DNA of 64,000 nucleotides from Escherichia coli (GTDB lineage Bacteria; Pseudomonadota; Gammaproteobacteria; Enterobacterales; Enterobacteriaceae): NCBI RefSeq assembly GCF_024502345.1, contig NZ_JALDNN010000001.1; one strand, 5' to 3'. Shown piece by piece: positions 53,384 to 64,000 of this stretch (position 1 is its first letter; each line of letters starts with the position of its first letter). The notes under the pieces were generated by a model. It saw only the letters and a program-made list of their open reading frames with translations, ran no database searches and was not told where the DNA came from. The position numbers and the translations under genes were made by a program.

Positions 53384-54757
53384 ATGATGGAAGGTCAACA
53401 GCACGGCGAGCAGCTAAAGCGCGGCCTTAAAAACCGCCATATTCAGCTTATCGCGCTGGGTGGCGCGATAGGGACCGGGTTATTCCTGGGTAGCGCCTCC
53501 GTAATACAGTCCGTAGGGCCAGGGATTATCCTGGGTTACGCCATTGCTGGTTTTATCGCCTTTCTGATCATGCGTCAGCTGGGTGAAATGGTGGTCGAAG
53601 AACCTGTCGCAGGCTCCTTTAGCCACTTTGCTTATAAATACTGGGGCAGCTTTGCTGGCTTCGCTTCTGGCTGGAACTACTGGGTACTGTACGTTTTAGT
53701 TGCCATGGCAGAGCTGACTGCTGTGGGTAAATACATTCAGTTCTGGTATCCGGAAATCCCAACCTGGGTTTCTGCCGCCGTGTTCTTTGTGGTGATCAAC
53801 GCCATCAACCTGACAAACGTAAAAGTGTTTGGTGAGATGGAGTTCTGGTTTGCCATTATCAAAGTTATCGCGGTGGTAGCGATGATCATCTTCGGCGGCT
53901 GGCTGCTATTCAGTGGCAACGGCGGCCCGCAGGCGAGCGTTAGCAACCTGTGGGATCAGGGTGGTTTCCTGCCGCACGGCTTCACCGGGCTGGTGATGAT
54001 GATGGCGATTATCATGTTCTCGTTCGGTGGTCTGGAACTGGTGGGGATCACCGCAGCAGAAGCTGATAACCCGGAGCAAAGTATCCCGAAAGCAACTAAC
54101 CAGGTTATCTACCGCATCCTGATTTTCTATATTGGTTCGTTAGCCGTTCTGCTCTCACTGATGCCGTGGACCCGCGTTACCGCCGATACCAGTCCGTTTG
54201 TGCTGATCTTCCACGAGTTAGGCGATACCTTTGTGGCGAATGCGCTGAACATCGTGGTACTGACTGCGGCGCTCTCCGTGTACAACAGCTGCGTATATTG
54301 CAACAGCCGTATGCTGTTTGGTCTGGCACAACAGGGTAACGCGCCAAAAGCGCTGGCGTCTGTCGATAAACGCGGCGTACCGGTTAACACCATTCTGGTG
54401 TCTGCACTGGTAACGGCATTGTGCGTACTGATTAACTATCTTGCTCCGGAATCCGCATTTGGCCTGTTAATGGCGCTGGTGGTATCTGCACTGGTGATCA
54501 ACTGGGCGATGATTAGCCTGGCGCATATGAAATTCCGTCGCGCCAAGCAGGAACAAGGCGTGGTAACTCGCTTCCCTGCTCTGCTTTATCCGCTGGGTAA
54601 CTGGATCTGCCTGCTGTTTATGGCGGCGGTACTGGTGATTATGCTGATGACCCCAGGAATGGCGATTTCGGTATACCTGATCCCGGTATGGCTGGTGATG
54701 TTAGGCATCGGCTATCTGTTTAAAGAGAAAACCGCCAAAGCCGTAAAAGCGCATTAA
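53384..54757 (+). CDS. aroP: Aromatic amino acid:H+ symporter (APC family)
   Basis: 457-aa 12-TM amino acid permease; divergent from pdhR as in K-12. Confidence 0.95.
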   Translation: MMEGQQHGEQLKRGLKNRHIQLIALGGAIGTGLFLGSASVIQSVGPGIILGYAIAGFIAFLIMRQLGEMVVEEPVAGSFSHFAYKYWGSFAGFASGWNYWVLYVLVAMAELTAVGKYIQFWYPEIPTWVSAAVFFVVINAINLTNVKVFGEMEFWFAIIKVIAVVAMIIFGGWLLFSGNGGPQASVSNLWDQGGFLPHGFTGLVMMMAIIMFSFGGLELVGITAAEADNPEQSIPKATNQVIYRILIFYIGSLAVLLSLMPWTRVTADTSPFVLIFHELGDTFVANALNIVVLTAALSVYNSCVYCNSRMLFGLAQQGNAPKALASVDKRGVPVNTILVSALVTALCVLINYLAPESAFGLLMALVVSALVINWAMISLAHMKFRRAKQEQGVVTRFPALLYPLGNWICLLFMAAVLVIMLMTPGMAISVYLIPVWLVMLGIGYLFKEKTAKAVKAH

Positions 54758-54766
54758 TCTCTCTAC

Positions 54767-54795
54767 GCCCTCACCCGTACAGGGTGAGGGTTGTT
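54767..54795 (+). terminator. Rho-independent terminator after aroP
   Basis: GCCCTCACCC-GTACA-GGGTGAGGG stem-loop followed by TTGTT. Confidence 0.6.
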
Positions 54796-54915
54796 ACCTG
54801 CCTCACACTTTTCCGTGCAAAGCGATTTTATCCATATCAGCGGCGTTATCCTGCAACGCAATTTATCCATAGCGAGCGAATAATTATCCTCATCACTTGA
54901 TGGGGAGTCTTCTCT

Positions 54916-56322
54916 ATGAATAGCAGTAAATTATCAGTAAGAGAAAAGATCGGCTACGGGATGGGCGACGCAGGATGCAACATCATCTTTGGCGCTATCA
55001 TGCTGTTTGTTAACTATTTTTATACGGATATTTTTGGTCTGGCCCCGGCACTCGTTGGCGTATTACTGCTCTCTGTACGGGTTATCGATGCCGTCACTGA
55101 CCCTATTATGGGGGCCATTGCCGACCGCACCCAAAGCAAATATGGTCGTTTTCGCCCCTGGCTATTGTGGATTGCCTTCCCCTACGCGCTATTCAGCATC
55201 CTGATGTTTACCACGCCAGAATGGAGCTATAGCAGCAAGGTTATCTATGCCTTTGTTACCTATTTCCTGCTCTCCCTGACCTATACCGCCATTAACATTC
55301 CTTACTGCTCGTTAGGTGGCGTGATTACTAATGACCCACAAGAGCGCGTGGCCTGCCAGTCGTACCGTTTTGTGATGGTGGGCATCGCTACCCTTCTGCT
55401 CTCGCTGACGCTATTGCCGATGGTGGATCTATTTGGCGGCGGCGACAAAGCGAAAGGGTATCAGCTGGCTATGACCGTGCTGGCAATCATCGGTATGTGT
55501 ATGTTTTTGTTCTGTTTCGCCACGGTTCGTGAGCGCATTCGCCCGGCGGTACAAACCCATGACGACATGAAGAACGATTTTAAAGATGTCTGGAAAAACG
55601 ATCAGTGGGTGCGCATTCTGCTGCTCACCTTGTGCAACGTCTGCCCTGGATTTATCCGCATGGCGGCAACCATGTACTATGTCACCTGGGTAATGGGTGA
55701 GAGTACTCAGTTTGCAACCCTCTTTATTAGCCTCGGCGTTGTCGGAATGATGATCGGCAGTATGTTGGCGAAAGTGTTAACCGACCGCTGGTGCAAACTG
55801 AAAGTCTTTTTCTGGACCAACATCGCGCTGGCAATTTTCTCCTGCGCCTTTTATTTCTTTAATCCGCACGCCACGGTGATGATTGTGGTGCTCTACTTCC
55901 TGCTCAACATTCTGCACCAGATCCCCTCCCCGCTGCACTGGTCGCTGATGGCAGACGTCGACGACTACGGCGAATGGAAAACCGGTAAACGCATCACCGG
56001 CATCAGCTTCTCCGGTAACCTTTTCTTCCTCAAACTGGGCCTGGCCATTGCCGGGGCGATGGTGGGCTTTCTGCTCTCATGGTACGGCTACGATGCCGGT
56101 GCGAAAGCCCAAAGCGCCACGGCGATTAACGGTATTGTACTGCTCTTTACCGTCATTCCTGGGGTGGGCTATCTGATTACCGCAGGCGTCGTCCGCCTAC
56201 TGAAAGTAGACCGCGAACTGATGAAACGCATCCAGACCGATCTGGAAAAACGTCGCACCAATTACCGCGAACTGAATGACTATCAGGAAATAAACGCTGT
56301 AGAAACAGTAAGGAAAGCCTAA
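54916..56322 (+). CDS. MFS glycoside-pentoside-hexuronide (GPH) family sugar:cation symporter
   Basis: 468-aa 12-TM protein with GPH-family N-terminus (GYGMGDAGCNIIFG) and conserved DRT..GRFRPW motif; not at this position in K-12. Confidence 0.8.
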   Translation: MNSSKLSVREKIGYGMGDAGCNIIFGAIMLFVNYFYTDIFGLAPALVGVLLLSVRVIDAVTDPIMGAIADRTQSKYGRFRPWLLWIAFPYALFSILMFTTPEWSYSSKVIYAFVTYFLLSLTYTAINIPYCSLGGVITNDPQERVACQSYRFVMVGIATLLLSLTLLPMVDLFGGGDKAKGYQLAMTVLAIIGMCMFLFCFATVRERIRPAVQTHDDMKNDFKDVWKNDQWVRILLLTLCNVCPGFIRMAATMYYVTWVMGESTQFATLFISLGVVGMMIGSMLAKVLTDRWCKLKVFFWTNIALAIFSCAFYFFNPHATVMIVVLYFLLNILHQIPSPLHWSLMADVDDYGEWKTGKRITGISFSGNLFFLKLGLAIAGAMVGFLLSWYGYDAGAKAQSATAINGIVLLFTVIPGVGYLITAGVVRLLKVDRELMKRIQTDLEKRRTNYRELNDYQEINAVETVRKA

Positions 56323-57272
56323 TGCAAGACTGGCCGAATCCATTTATCGAGCAACGCGCCGATCCCTTTATACTGCGCGATGGCAACCACTATTATTTTA
56401 TCGCCTCGGTGCCGGAGTACGACCGGCTGGAAATTCGCCGGGCAGACTCGCTCGTCGGGCTGCGCAGCGCCACGCCTGTCGTGGTGTGGCGTAAACCGCA
56501 AAGCGGCCCCATGAGCGAACTTATCTGGGCGCCGGAGCTGCATCATATTGCAGGTCGGTGGTATATCTATTTTGCCGCCACCCATACTCAGGCGCTCGAC
56601 AAACTGGGGATGTTTCAGCACCGGATGTTTGCCCTTGAATGTTGTGATGCCGATCCGCTCAGCGGAACGTGGATTGAAAAAGGACAAGTTAAAACACCAT
56701 TTGATACTTTTGCCCTGGATGCCACCACTTTTCACCATCAGGGTAAACAGTGGTATTTGTGGGCGCAAAAAGCACCGGATATCGCCGGGAACTCCAATAT
56801 TTACCTGGCCGAAATGGAAAATCCGTGGACGATCAAAGGCGAGCCGGTGATGTTGAGCAAACCGGAGTATGACTGGGAATGTCGCGGATTCTGGGTCAAT
56901 GAAGGTCCGGCTGTCGTGATGCATGGCGAGCGGTTATTCATCAGCTACTCAGCCAGCGCTACCGACGAGAACTACTGCATGGGGTTATTGTGGATAGACA
57001 TCGACGCTGACCCGAGAGTGCCTGAGAACTGGCATAAATCGCCGCGTCCGGTCTTTTCGACCAGCTATGAAAATCGCCAGTATGGCCCCGGACATAACAG
57101 TTTTACCCAAACGCCCGAGGGTGAGGATGTGCTGGTCTACCACGCACGTAATTACACCGAAATAGAAGGCGATCCACTGTACGATCCTAATCGCCATACG
57201 CGCTTAAAATTGATTCGCTGGGATGAAAGTGGGATGCCTGACTTTGGCATCCCTCCTGCGGAGACTTACTGA
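56322..57272 (+). CDS. Glycoside hydrolase family 43 (beta-xylosidase/alpha-L-arabinofuranosidase-like)
   Basis: 316 aa with GH43 catalytic motifs (RADPFILRD base, WVNEGPAV acid); ATG overlaps the transporter stop (TAATG). Confidence 0.8.
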   Translation: MQDWPNPFIEQRADPFILRDGNHYYFIASVPEYDRLEIRRADSLVGLRSATPVVVWRKPQSGPMSELIWAPELHHIAGRWYIYFAATHTQALDKLGMFQHRMFALECCDADPLSGTWIEKGQVKTPFDTFALDATTFHHQGKQWYLWAQKAPDIAGNSNIYLAEMENPWTIKGEPVMLSKPEYDWECRGFWVNEGPAVVMHGERLFISYSASATDENYCMGLLWIDIDADPRVPENWHKSPRPVFSTSYENRQYGPGHNSFTQTPEGEDVLVYHARNYTEIEGDPLYDPNRHTRLKLIRWDESGMPDFGIPPAETY

Positions 57273-57301
57273 TTACAATGCCCGGTGTATATCGCCGGGC
57301 A

Positions 57302-58156
57302 CTACACCAACGCCCCGTAAATCGTCAGTAGCGCAATCACCACCACGACCACGAACGAGGTTTTCTTCGCCATTGAAACCGCTGCCTTCGGCGTCTCCAC
57401 CTTATCGACATGCGGTTCACGCGCCAGAGAGAACTGCGCCAGACGCGTTAACACCTGATACTGCGAAGTATGGAAATCACCCAGCGAAGCAAACCAGGCC
57501 GGTAACGCTTTCTCACCATGACCGATCAAGGCATATACCACACCCGCAAGACGAACCGGCACCCAATCCAGTACATGAAGCACGGCATCAATGCCGGACT
57601 GTAAACGATGATGCGGCGTCTGATATCGCGCCAGCCAGTATTGCCATGCACGCAAGAACGCATACCCCATCAGCGTAACGGGTCCCCAGGTTCCCCCCAC
57701 AATCAGCCAGAACAGCGGTGCAAGATAAAAACGAAAGTTAATCCACAGCAATGCATTTTGCAGCTCACGCAAATACTCACGTTCGTCGCAGCCTGCCGGG
57801 ACGCCGTGAATCATGGTGAGTTCGCCAGCCATCGTGGCACGGGCATGGCTATCATTACGAGAAGCTGCGGTCAGATAAGCATGATAATGGAGACGAGCTT
57901 TACCTGCGCCAATACACAGCAAACCAATCAGCAGCCACACAAGCAGCGTGGGGACGTTGAACAATACTCCCTGCAATGCGCGTAACAGTAAAAAAGTCAC
58001 GCCCATCGCAATAATGGTCATGCCTAACGTGCGCCCGAGAGAAAAATGTTTCACCCGCCGAAAGAACGCTTCAAGACGATGATCAAGCTGCCAGTGCTCG
58101 CCCAACTTAAACAGGCGCTCGAAAATTAACACCAGTAAGGTTGTAAATAGCGTCAT
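57302..58156 (-). CDS. ampE: AmpE inner membrane protein
   Basis: 284-aa polytopic membrane protein from [16 protein letters not shown]; overlaps ampD stop by 4 nt. Confidence 0.9.
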   Translation of the reverse strand: MTLFTTLLVLIFERLFKLGEHWQLDHRLEAFFRRVKHFSLGRTLGMTIIAMGVTFLLLRALQGVLFNVPTLLVWLLIGLLCIGAGKARLHYHAYLTAASRNDSHARATMAGELTMIHGVPAGCDEREYLRELQNALLWINFRFYLAPLFWLIVGGTWGPVTLMGYAFLRAWQYWLARYQTPHHRLQSGIDAVLHVLDWVPVRLAGVVYALIGHGEKALPAWFASLGDFHTSQYQVLTRLAQFSLAREPHVDKVETPKAAVSMAKKTSFVVVVVIALLTIYGALV

Positions 58157-58704
58157 GTTGTCTCCTTGCTGACCAGCGCACGAAACCGTGCCCAATCAAA
58201 TGCAGGACCGGGATCGGTTTTCCGATCCGGCGCAATATCACAATGGCCCGTCATGTTATTAGCGATATCCGGATAGCAATCAATCAGTGCCCGCGTAACC
58301 GCCGCAAGCTGTTGATACTGCGCATCGGTATACGCCAGCGTATCGGTGCCTTCAAGCTCAATCCCAATAGAAAAATCATTGCAGCGTTCGCGCCCCTGAT
58401 ACTGAGAGACTCCCGCATGCCAGGCACGTTTATCGAAAGGAACATACTGGACAATTTCACCATCACGGCGAATCAAACAGTGAGCGGAGACGCGTAAATG
58501 GGCAATCTCTGCAAAGAAGGGATGTGCCTGCGGATCAATAGTTCCAGTGAATAATGCATCGATCCACGGACCGCCAAACTCGCCTGGCGGCAGGCTAATA
58601 TTGTGCACCACCAGCAGGGTGGGTGTTTCGTCATCCGGGCGGCAATCGTAATGTGGTGAGGGAACGCGGCGCGCGCCAACCAGCCACCCCTGTTCTAACA
58701 ACAT
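58153..58704 (-). CDS. ampD: N-acetylmuramoyl-L-alanine amidase AmpD (anhydro-muropeptide amidase)
   Basis: 183-aa amidase_2-like protein; divergent from nadC. Confidence 0.9.
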   Translation of the reverse strand: MLLEQGWLVGARRVPSPHYDCRPDDETPTLLVVHNISLPPGEFGGPWIDALFTGTIDPQAHPFFAEIAHLRVSAHCLIRRDGEIVQYVPFDKRAWHAGVSQYQGRERCNDFSIGIELEGTDTLAYTDAQYQQLAAVTRALIDCYPDIANNMTGHCDIAPDRKTDPGPAFDWARFRALVSKETT

Positions 58705-58731
58705 GCAGGATCTCCTTATATGTGGTGCTAA

Positions 58732-59685
<954 letters not shown>

Positions 59686-59887
59686 TTGCTGACAGATTTA
59701 TCCGCTCCATAGTGGGCGGATAATCTCCCCTTCCCCAACCTTCTTCGTAACGCCTCGCAAATTTCTTGTCTTTCGCTGCAACGAAATAAAAAACCTCGGA
59801 AGCAGCTTTCCCGTTTCGTTTTTTGCCCCTCGCCTGTGCTGATGGCGTTTGCCAAAGTAGCACCAACCAAATCAAGGAGCGAAACAG

Positions 59888-60328
59888 ATGGACAAGCAAC
59901 GCGGTTTTACACTTATCGAACTGATGGTGGTTATTGGCATCATTGCCATTTTAAGCGCCATTGGTATTCCCGCTTATCAAAACTACCTGCGCAAAGCCGC
60001 ACTCACCGACATGCTACAAACCTTTGTGCCTTACCGTACCGCCGTAGAGTTGTGCGCGCTGGAACATGGTGGATTAGATACCTGCGACGGTGGCAGCAAT
60101 GGCATTCCCTCGCCTACCACCACCCGCTATGTTTCAGCCATGAGTGTGGCAAAGGGCGTGGTGTCGCTGACCGGGCAAGAAAGTCTCAATGGGCTAAGCG
60201 TCGTCATGACGCCAGGTTGGGATAACGCAAACGGCGTCACCGGCTGGGCGCGCAACTGCAATATTCAAAGTGACAGCGCATTGCAGCAAGCCTGCGAAGA
60301 TGTCTTCCGCTTTGATGACGCCAACTAA
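59888..60328 (+). CDS. ppdD: Type IV prepilin (major pilin) PpdD
   Basis: Prepilin leader and cleavage site MDKQRGFTLIELMVVIGII (G/F, E+5) with hydrophobic N-terminal helix. Confidence 0.9.
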   Translation: MDKQRGFTLIELMVVIGIIAILSAIGIPAYQNYLRKAALTDMLQTFVPYRTAVELCALEHGGLDTCDGGSNGIPSPTTTRYVSAMSVAKGVVSLTGQESLNGLSVVMTPGWDNANGVTGWARNCNIQSDSALQQACEDVFRFDDAN

Positions 60329-60337
60329 GGAGCGGCA

Positions 60338-61723
60338 ATGAATATTCCACAGCTCACGGCCCTGTGCCTGCGTTATCAGGGAGTCTTGCTGGATGCCAGC
60401 GAAGAAGTGGTTCATGTTGCGGTGGTCGATGCCCCCTCACATGAGTTGCTGGACGCATTGCATTTCGCTACCACCAAACGTATTGAGATCACCTGCTGGA
60501 CGCGCCAACAAATGGAAGGTCACGCCAGTCGCACACAACAGACATTGCCCGTAGCTGTTCAGGAGAAGCATCAGCCCAAAGCAGAGTTGCTGACTCGAAC
60601 GTTACAATCTGCGCTGGAACAACGCGCGTCTGATATTCATATCGAACCAGCGGACAATGCCTACCGCATCCGCTTGCGTATCGACGGCGTATTGCATCCT
60701 TTACCGGATGTTTCACCGGATGCCGGAGTCGCATTAACAGCCAGATTAAAAGTGCTGGGAAACCTGGATATTGCGGAACATCGCCTGCCGCAGGACGGGC
60801 AATTCACTGTCGAACTGGCAGGAAACGCCGTCTCATTTCGTATTGCGACCTTACCATGTCGGGGTGGTGAAAAGGTGGTATTAAGGTTGTTACAGCAGGT
60901 GAGCCAGGCACTGGATGTTAACACGCTGGGAATGCAGCCGTTACAACTGGCGGACTTTGCTCATGCCTTGCAACAACCACAGGGACTGGTGCTGGTAACT
61001 GGCCCTACCGGCAGCGGCAAAACGGTCACGCTTTATAGTGCCCTGCAAACGCTGAATACCGCTGACATTAATATTTGTAGCGTCGAAGATCCGGTTGAGA
61101 TCCCCATAGTCGGACTAAACCAGACGCAAATCCATCCGCGTGCCGGGCTCACCTTTCAGGGCGTTTTGCGTGCGTTATTGCGCCAGGATCCTGACGTCAT
61201 CATGATCGGAGAGATCCGCGATGGCGAAACGGCAGAAATTGCCATTAAAGCCGCGCAAACCGGTCACCTGGTGTTGTCCACGCTACACACCAATTCCACC
61301 ACTGAAACGCTGGTACGTTTACAGCAAATGGGAGTCGCCCGCTGGATGCTCTCATCAGCGCTTACGCTGGTAATAGCCCAGCGTCTGGTACGTAAACTTT
61401 GCCCACATTGTCGCCGCCAGCAAGGGGAGCCCATCCATATTCCAGACAATGTATGGCCGTCGCCGCTGCCCCATTGGCAGGCACCCGGTTGTGTACATTG
61501 CTACCACGGTTTTTATGGTCGCACTGCCTTATTTGAAGTTCTGCCCATAACACCGGTCATACGTCAGCTTATTTCCGCTAATACCGACGTTGAATCGCTG
61601 GAAACGCACGCCCGACAGGCGGGTATGCGAACGCTTTTTGAAAACGGCTGCCTGGCCGTGGAGCAAGGCTTAACCACCTTTGAAGAGTTAATCCGCGTAT
61701 TGGGGATGCCGCATGGCGAGTAA
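60338..61723 (+). CDS. hofB: Type IV pilus assembly ATPase (GspE/PilB family)
   Basis: Walker A GPTGSGKT, Walker B region, C-terminal tetracysteine (CPHC..CVHC). Confidence 0.9.
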   Translation: MNIPQLTALCLRYQGVLLDASEEVVHVAVVDAPSHELLDALHFATTKRIEITCWTRQQMEGHASRTQQTLPVAVQEKHQPKAELLTRTLQSALEQRASDIHIEPADNAYRIRLRIDGVLHPLPDVSPDAGVALTARLKVLGNLDIAEHRLPQDGQFTVELAGNAVSFRIATLPCRGGEKVVLRLLQQVSQALDVNTLGMQPLQLADFAHALQQPQGLVLVTGPTGSGKTVTLYSALQTLNTADINICSVEDPVEIPIVGLNQTQIHPRAGLTFQGVLRALLRQDPDVIMIGEIRDGETAEIAIKAAQTGHLVLSTLHTNSTTETLVRLQQMGVARWMLSSALTLVIAQRLVRKLCPHCRRQQGEPIHIPDNVWPSPLPHWQAPGCVHCYHGFYGRTALFEVLPITPVIRQLISANTDVESLETHARQAGMRTLFENGCLAVEQGLTTFEELIRVLGMPHGE

Positions 61724-62915
61724 GCAACTCTGGCGCTGGCATGGCATAACCGGCGACGGCAATGCGCAAGATGGGATGCGATGGGCAGAGAGCCGTGCTT
61801 TGCTGCTCATGGCACTACAGCAACAGATGGTTACTCCACTAAGCCTGAAGCGAATTGCTATCAATTCTGCGCAGTGGCGAGGAGATAAAAGCGCGGAAGT
61901 CATTCATCAACTGGCGACGCTACTTAAAGCCGGGTTAACGCTTTCTGAAGGGCTGGCACTGCTGGCGGAACAGCATCCCAGTAAGCAATGGCAAGCGTTG
62001 CTGCAATCTCTGGCACACGATCTCGAACAGGGCATTGCTTTTTCCAATGCCTTATTACCCTGGTCAGAGGTATTTCCGCCACTCTATCAGGCGATGATCC
62101 GCACGGGTGAACTGACCGGTAAGCTGGATGAATGCTGCTTTGAACTGGCGCGTCAGCAAAAAGCCCAGCGTCAGTTGACCGACAAAGTGAAATCAGCGTT
62201 ACGTTATCCCATCATCATTTTAGCGATGGCAATCATGGTGGTTGTGGCAATGCTGCATTTTGTTCTGCCGGAGTTTGCCGCTATCTATAAGACCTTCAAC
62301 ACCCCACTACCGGCACTAACGCAGGGGATCATGACGCTGGCAGACTTTAGTGGCGAATGGAGCTGGCTGCTGGTGTTGTTCGGCTTTCTGCTGGCGATAG
62401 CCAATAAGTTGCTGATGCGCCGACCGACCTGGCTTATAGTGCGGCAGAAATTGCTGTTACGCATCCCGATTATGGGTTCACTGATGCGGGGACAAAAACT
62501 CACGCAGATCTTTACGATTCTGGCGCTGACACAAAGTGCAGGCATTACTTTTTTGCAGGGCGTAGAGAGCGTCAGAGAAACAATGCGCTGCCCGTACTGG
62601 GTGCAACTTCTGACACAAATCCAGCACGATATCAGTAACGGTCATCCCATCTGGCTGGCGCTAAAAAATACCGGGGAGTTTAGCCCGCTCTGTTTGCAAT
62701 TAGTGAGAACAGGAGAGGCATCCGGCTCGCTGGACCTCATGTTAGACAACCTCGCCCATCATCATCGGGATAACACAATGGCGCTGGCGGATAACCTCGC
62801 AGCCTTACTGGAACCGGCGTTGCTGATCATAACGGGAGGAATTATCGGTACGCTGGTGGTGGCGATGTATCTGCCAATTTTCCATTTAGGCGATGCGATG
62901 AGTGGGATGGGATAA
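61713..62915 (+). CDS. hofC: Type IV pilus inner membrane platform protein (GspF/PilC family)
   Basis: 400 aa with duplicated GspF-type domains and three TM segments; overlaps hofB stop. Confidence 0.9.
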   Translation: MASKQLWRWHGITGDGNAQDGMRWAESRALLLMALQQQMVTPLSLKRIAINSAQWRGDKSAEVIHQLATLLKAGLTLSEGLALLAEQHPSKQWQALLQSLAHDLEQGIAFSNALLPWSEVFPPLYQAMIRTGELTGKLDECCFELARQQKAQRQLTDKVKSALRYPIIILAMAIMVVVAMLHFVLPEFAAIYKTFNTPLPALTQGIMTLADFSGEWSWLLVLFGFLLAIANKLLMRRPTWLIVRQKLLLRIPIMGSLMRGQKLTQIFTILALTQSAGITFLQGVESVRETMRCPYWVQLLTQIQHDISNGHPIWLALKNTGEFSPLCLQLVRTGEASGSLDLMLDNLAHHHRDNTMALADNLAALLEPALLIITGGIIGTLVVAMYLPIFHLGDAMSGMG

Positions 62916-62949
62916 CGCTGGCGTGTTGCTCCACACCAGCGTTGGAAGA

Positions 62950-63993
62950 TTACAGGTTGTTGAAGATGCGGTTTTCTTGTTCCTGCACACGGATAAATGT
63001 GGTGCGCTTGGTCAGTTCTTTCAGGCGTGAAGCCCCAACGTATGTACAAGCTGAACGCAGGCCGCCCAAAATATCACGCGCGGTATTTTCAACCGGGCCT
63101 CGCAGCGGCAGCTTAACGGTTTTACCTTCTGCTGCGCGATATTCCGCAACGCCGCCAACGTGACGTTTCATCGCAGACTCGGAGCTCATGCCGTAGAACA
63201 GCATAAATTTCTCGCCGTTCTCCTCAACGATGCGACCGCCGCTCTCTTCGTGGCCCGCCAGCATGCCGCCAAGCATGACGAAATCGGCACCGCCGCCAAA
63301 GGCTTTTGCGACATCGCCCGGCGTGGTGCAGCCACCGTCGCTGACGATCATTCCGCCCAGACCGTGCGCCGCATCGGCACATTCGATTACCGCAGAAAGC
63401 TGCGGATAACCGACGCCTGTTTTGACGCGAGTTGTACAAACAGAACCTGGGCCAATGCCAACTTTAACGATATCAGCACCGGAGAGGATAAGCTCCTCAC
63501 ACATTTCACCAGTCACTACGTTGCCAGCACAAATGGTTTTGGTCGGCCACGCTTCACGCGCTTTCGCAACGAACTGCACGAAGTGTTCGGAATAACCATT
63601 CGCCACATCAATACAAACGAAGTTTAATGCCGGGTTCAGGTCGAGAATCTGTTTAGTTTTTTCGAAATCCGCATCAGACGTACCGGTAGAAACCATCACA
63701 TGTTTCAGCACATCAGCGGAAGAATTGTTGATAAACGCTTGCCACTCTTCGACAGAATAGTGTTTATGCACAGCAGTCAAAATATCAAAAGAAGCCAGCG
63801 CAGAGGCCATAGAAAATGTACCTACGGTGTCCATATTTGCGGCGATAATCGGCACGCCGGACCAGCTCTGACCTGAATGTTTGAAGGTGAATTGACGTTC
63901 CAGTTCAACATCGGAACGGCTTTTAAGAGTGGAGCGTTTAGGGCGGATGAGAACGTCTTTAAAACCTAACTTCAGATCTTCTTCAATACGCAT
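62950..63993 (-). CDS. guaC: GMP reductase
   Basis: 347-aa IMPDH/GMPR-family barrel with catalytic Cys loop ([11 protein letters not shown]). Confidence 0.95.
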
Positions 63994-64000
63994 GTGCGGA

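Noticed and set aside
62916-62949. Bidirectional terminator between convergent hofC and guaC
   Set aside because: Only an imperfect inverted repeat (ACGCTGGCGTG...ACACCAGCGTT) is present; too weak to call by eye.

Overview
This window reads as an Escherichia coli-type chromosome segment, syntenic with the K-12 guaC-to-fhuC region (b0104-b0151, here in inverted orientation): fhuC/fhuA, mrcB, hrpB, thpR, sfsA, dksA, gluQ, pcnB, folK, the cryptic yad chaperone-usher fimbrial operon, panBCD, rpnC, yadEIHG, can, hpt, gcd, cueO, yacC, speED, yacL, acnB, yacH, lpdA-aceF-aceE-pdhR, aroP, ampED, nadC, ppdD-hofBC and guaC. Gene calls rest on reading the supplied ORF translations and on recalled K-12 gene order; no database search was run. 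Three segments are absent from the K-12 layout as I recall it. (1) The main finding is a ~4.3 kb AT-rich island in the divergent pdhR-aroP intergenic region (about 48.6-52.9 kb). It encodes an Hcp (type VI secretion TssD) protein fused to a colicin-E9-type HNH DNase domain, a translationally coupled Im9-like immunity gene, and three downstream orphan cassettes, each a 5'-truncated DNase fragment plus a divergent immunity gene. Two cassettes form a near-identical ~698 bp tandem duplication, each immunity gene is followed by a conserved hairpin, and no T6SS core genes lie in the window. (2) A 2.4 kb MFS/GPH symporter plus GH43 glycosidase pair sits between aroP and ampE. (3) A ~300 bp partial duplication next to rpnC encodes a stand-alone Rpn tail-like small ORF. 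The rest is ordinary core genome with recognisable REP elements, terminators and a perfect PdhR operator.
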